Assembly (NCBI GenBank): GCA_013178315.1
Contig: JABLWX010000025.1
Coordinates: 1 to 59,163, forward strand
Source of the DNA: Candidatus Aminicenantes bacterium
GTDB lineage: Bacteria; Acidobacteriota; Aminicenantia; Aminicenantales; Saccharicenantaceae
Length of the DNA: 59,163 nt
Direction: 5' to 3'
Within the stretch, counting starts at the first letter, position 1, and the number at the start of each line of letters is the position of its first letter. Position numbers and translations under genes: made by a program. Under the pieces are notes generated by a model. It was not told the origin of the DNA, did no database searches, and was given only the letters and a program-made list of their open reading frames with translations. This document shows positions 58,867 to 59,163 of the stretch, piece by piece.

Positions 58867-59163
58867 TTAAAGATGCAGCTCAACCGTGTCTTCGTCGTTC
58901 AACAGGTATTCCCTGGTCACCCGCAGGCCGCTAATCGTGCCCGGCTTGTTCCAGACCCGGGCGTAGTTGAGCTTCTCGGCAAAATCCTTGTGAACCTGCC
59001 GGGCCAGGTCCATTATGTTGCTACCTTTTCTAAGGATGAAGGGAGAGTCGTAATCTGGTTTCTTGCCCGGCACCTTGCTGTAAACCCTGACAATCTGTAG
59101 CAGGTCGAAGACCCGTCGTCTTAACGTTTCCAATCCCTCTGCCGTTACCGCAGATACCAGGAA
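58867..59163 (-). CDS. 3' end of a DRG/OBG-type GTPase with TGS domain (5'-truncated)
   Basis: The frame is open to the window end. G5-like VSA is followed by RVYSK.PG, VHKDF..YARVW and L.DEDTVELH. Confidence 0.85.
   Translation of the reverse strand, partial: FLVSAVTAEGLETLRRRVFDLLQIVRVYSKVPGKKPDYDSPFILRKGSNIMDLARQVHKDFAEKLNYARVWNKPGTISGLRVTREYLLNDEDTVELHL

Noticed and set aside
1-59163. CRISPR arrays, tRNA/rRNA, transposases, integrases, retron/DGR or defence genes, recoded stop codons
   Set aside because: None seen: no spaced direct repeats, cloverleafs, or RT/transposase motifs, and no gene needing readthrough or frameshifting. Manual reading could miss short or diverged RNAs.

Overview
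59 kb of GC-rich, gene-dense core chromosome from a diderm bacterium. The gene content and order suggest Acidobacteriota/Aminicenantia, but that placement is inference only. I see no rRNA, tRNA, CRISPR array, prophage or IS element. In order, the window holds: a 5'-truncated and apparently helicase-dead priA; a coaD-pilMNOPQ-lipoprotein operon; pcm convergent with an 814-aa SpeE-like membrane protein; phosphohexomutase-ftsB; sppA; a secreted papain-like hypothetical; an RRM protein; a 5-gene ECF sigma/anti-sigma operon; a beta-decarboxylating dehydrogenase with tsaB-rimI; truA; an orphan mglA with comM; an APC permease and a B12 radical SAM enzyme; a formamidase-family protein; a dcw cluster (mraZ to ftsZ, no murB or ddl) running straight into hutI; a Nudix-DUF2007 fusion; FBP aldolase/phosphatase; an M23 peptidase; pssA-psd; two M28 peptidases; a cyclophilin; an OM beta-barrel; and the 3' end of a TGS GTPase. 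The best candidate for an undescribed system is the ECF operon (17815-20911). Its three exported accessory proteins all end in the same ~76-aa domain terminating W[LI]E-stop, and an ECF-type promoter lies upstream. The second candidate is the signal-peptide-bearing Pcm paired with a membrane SpeE-like protein whose SAM motif is degenerate. All family assignments come from motif recognition; no database search was run.
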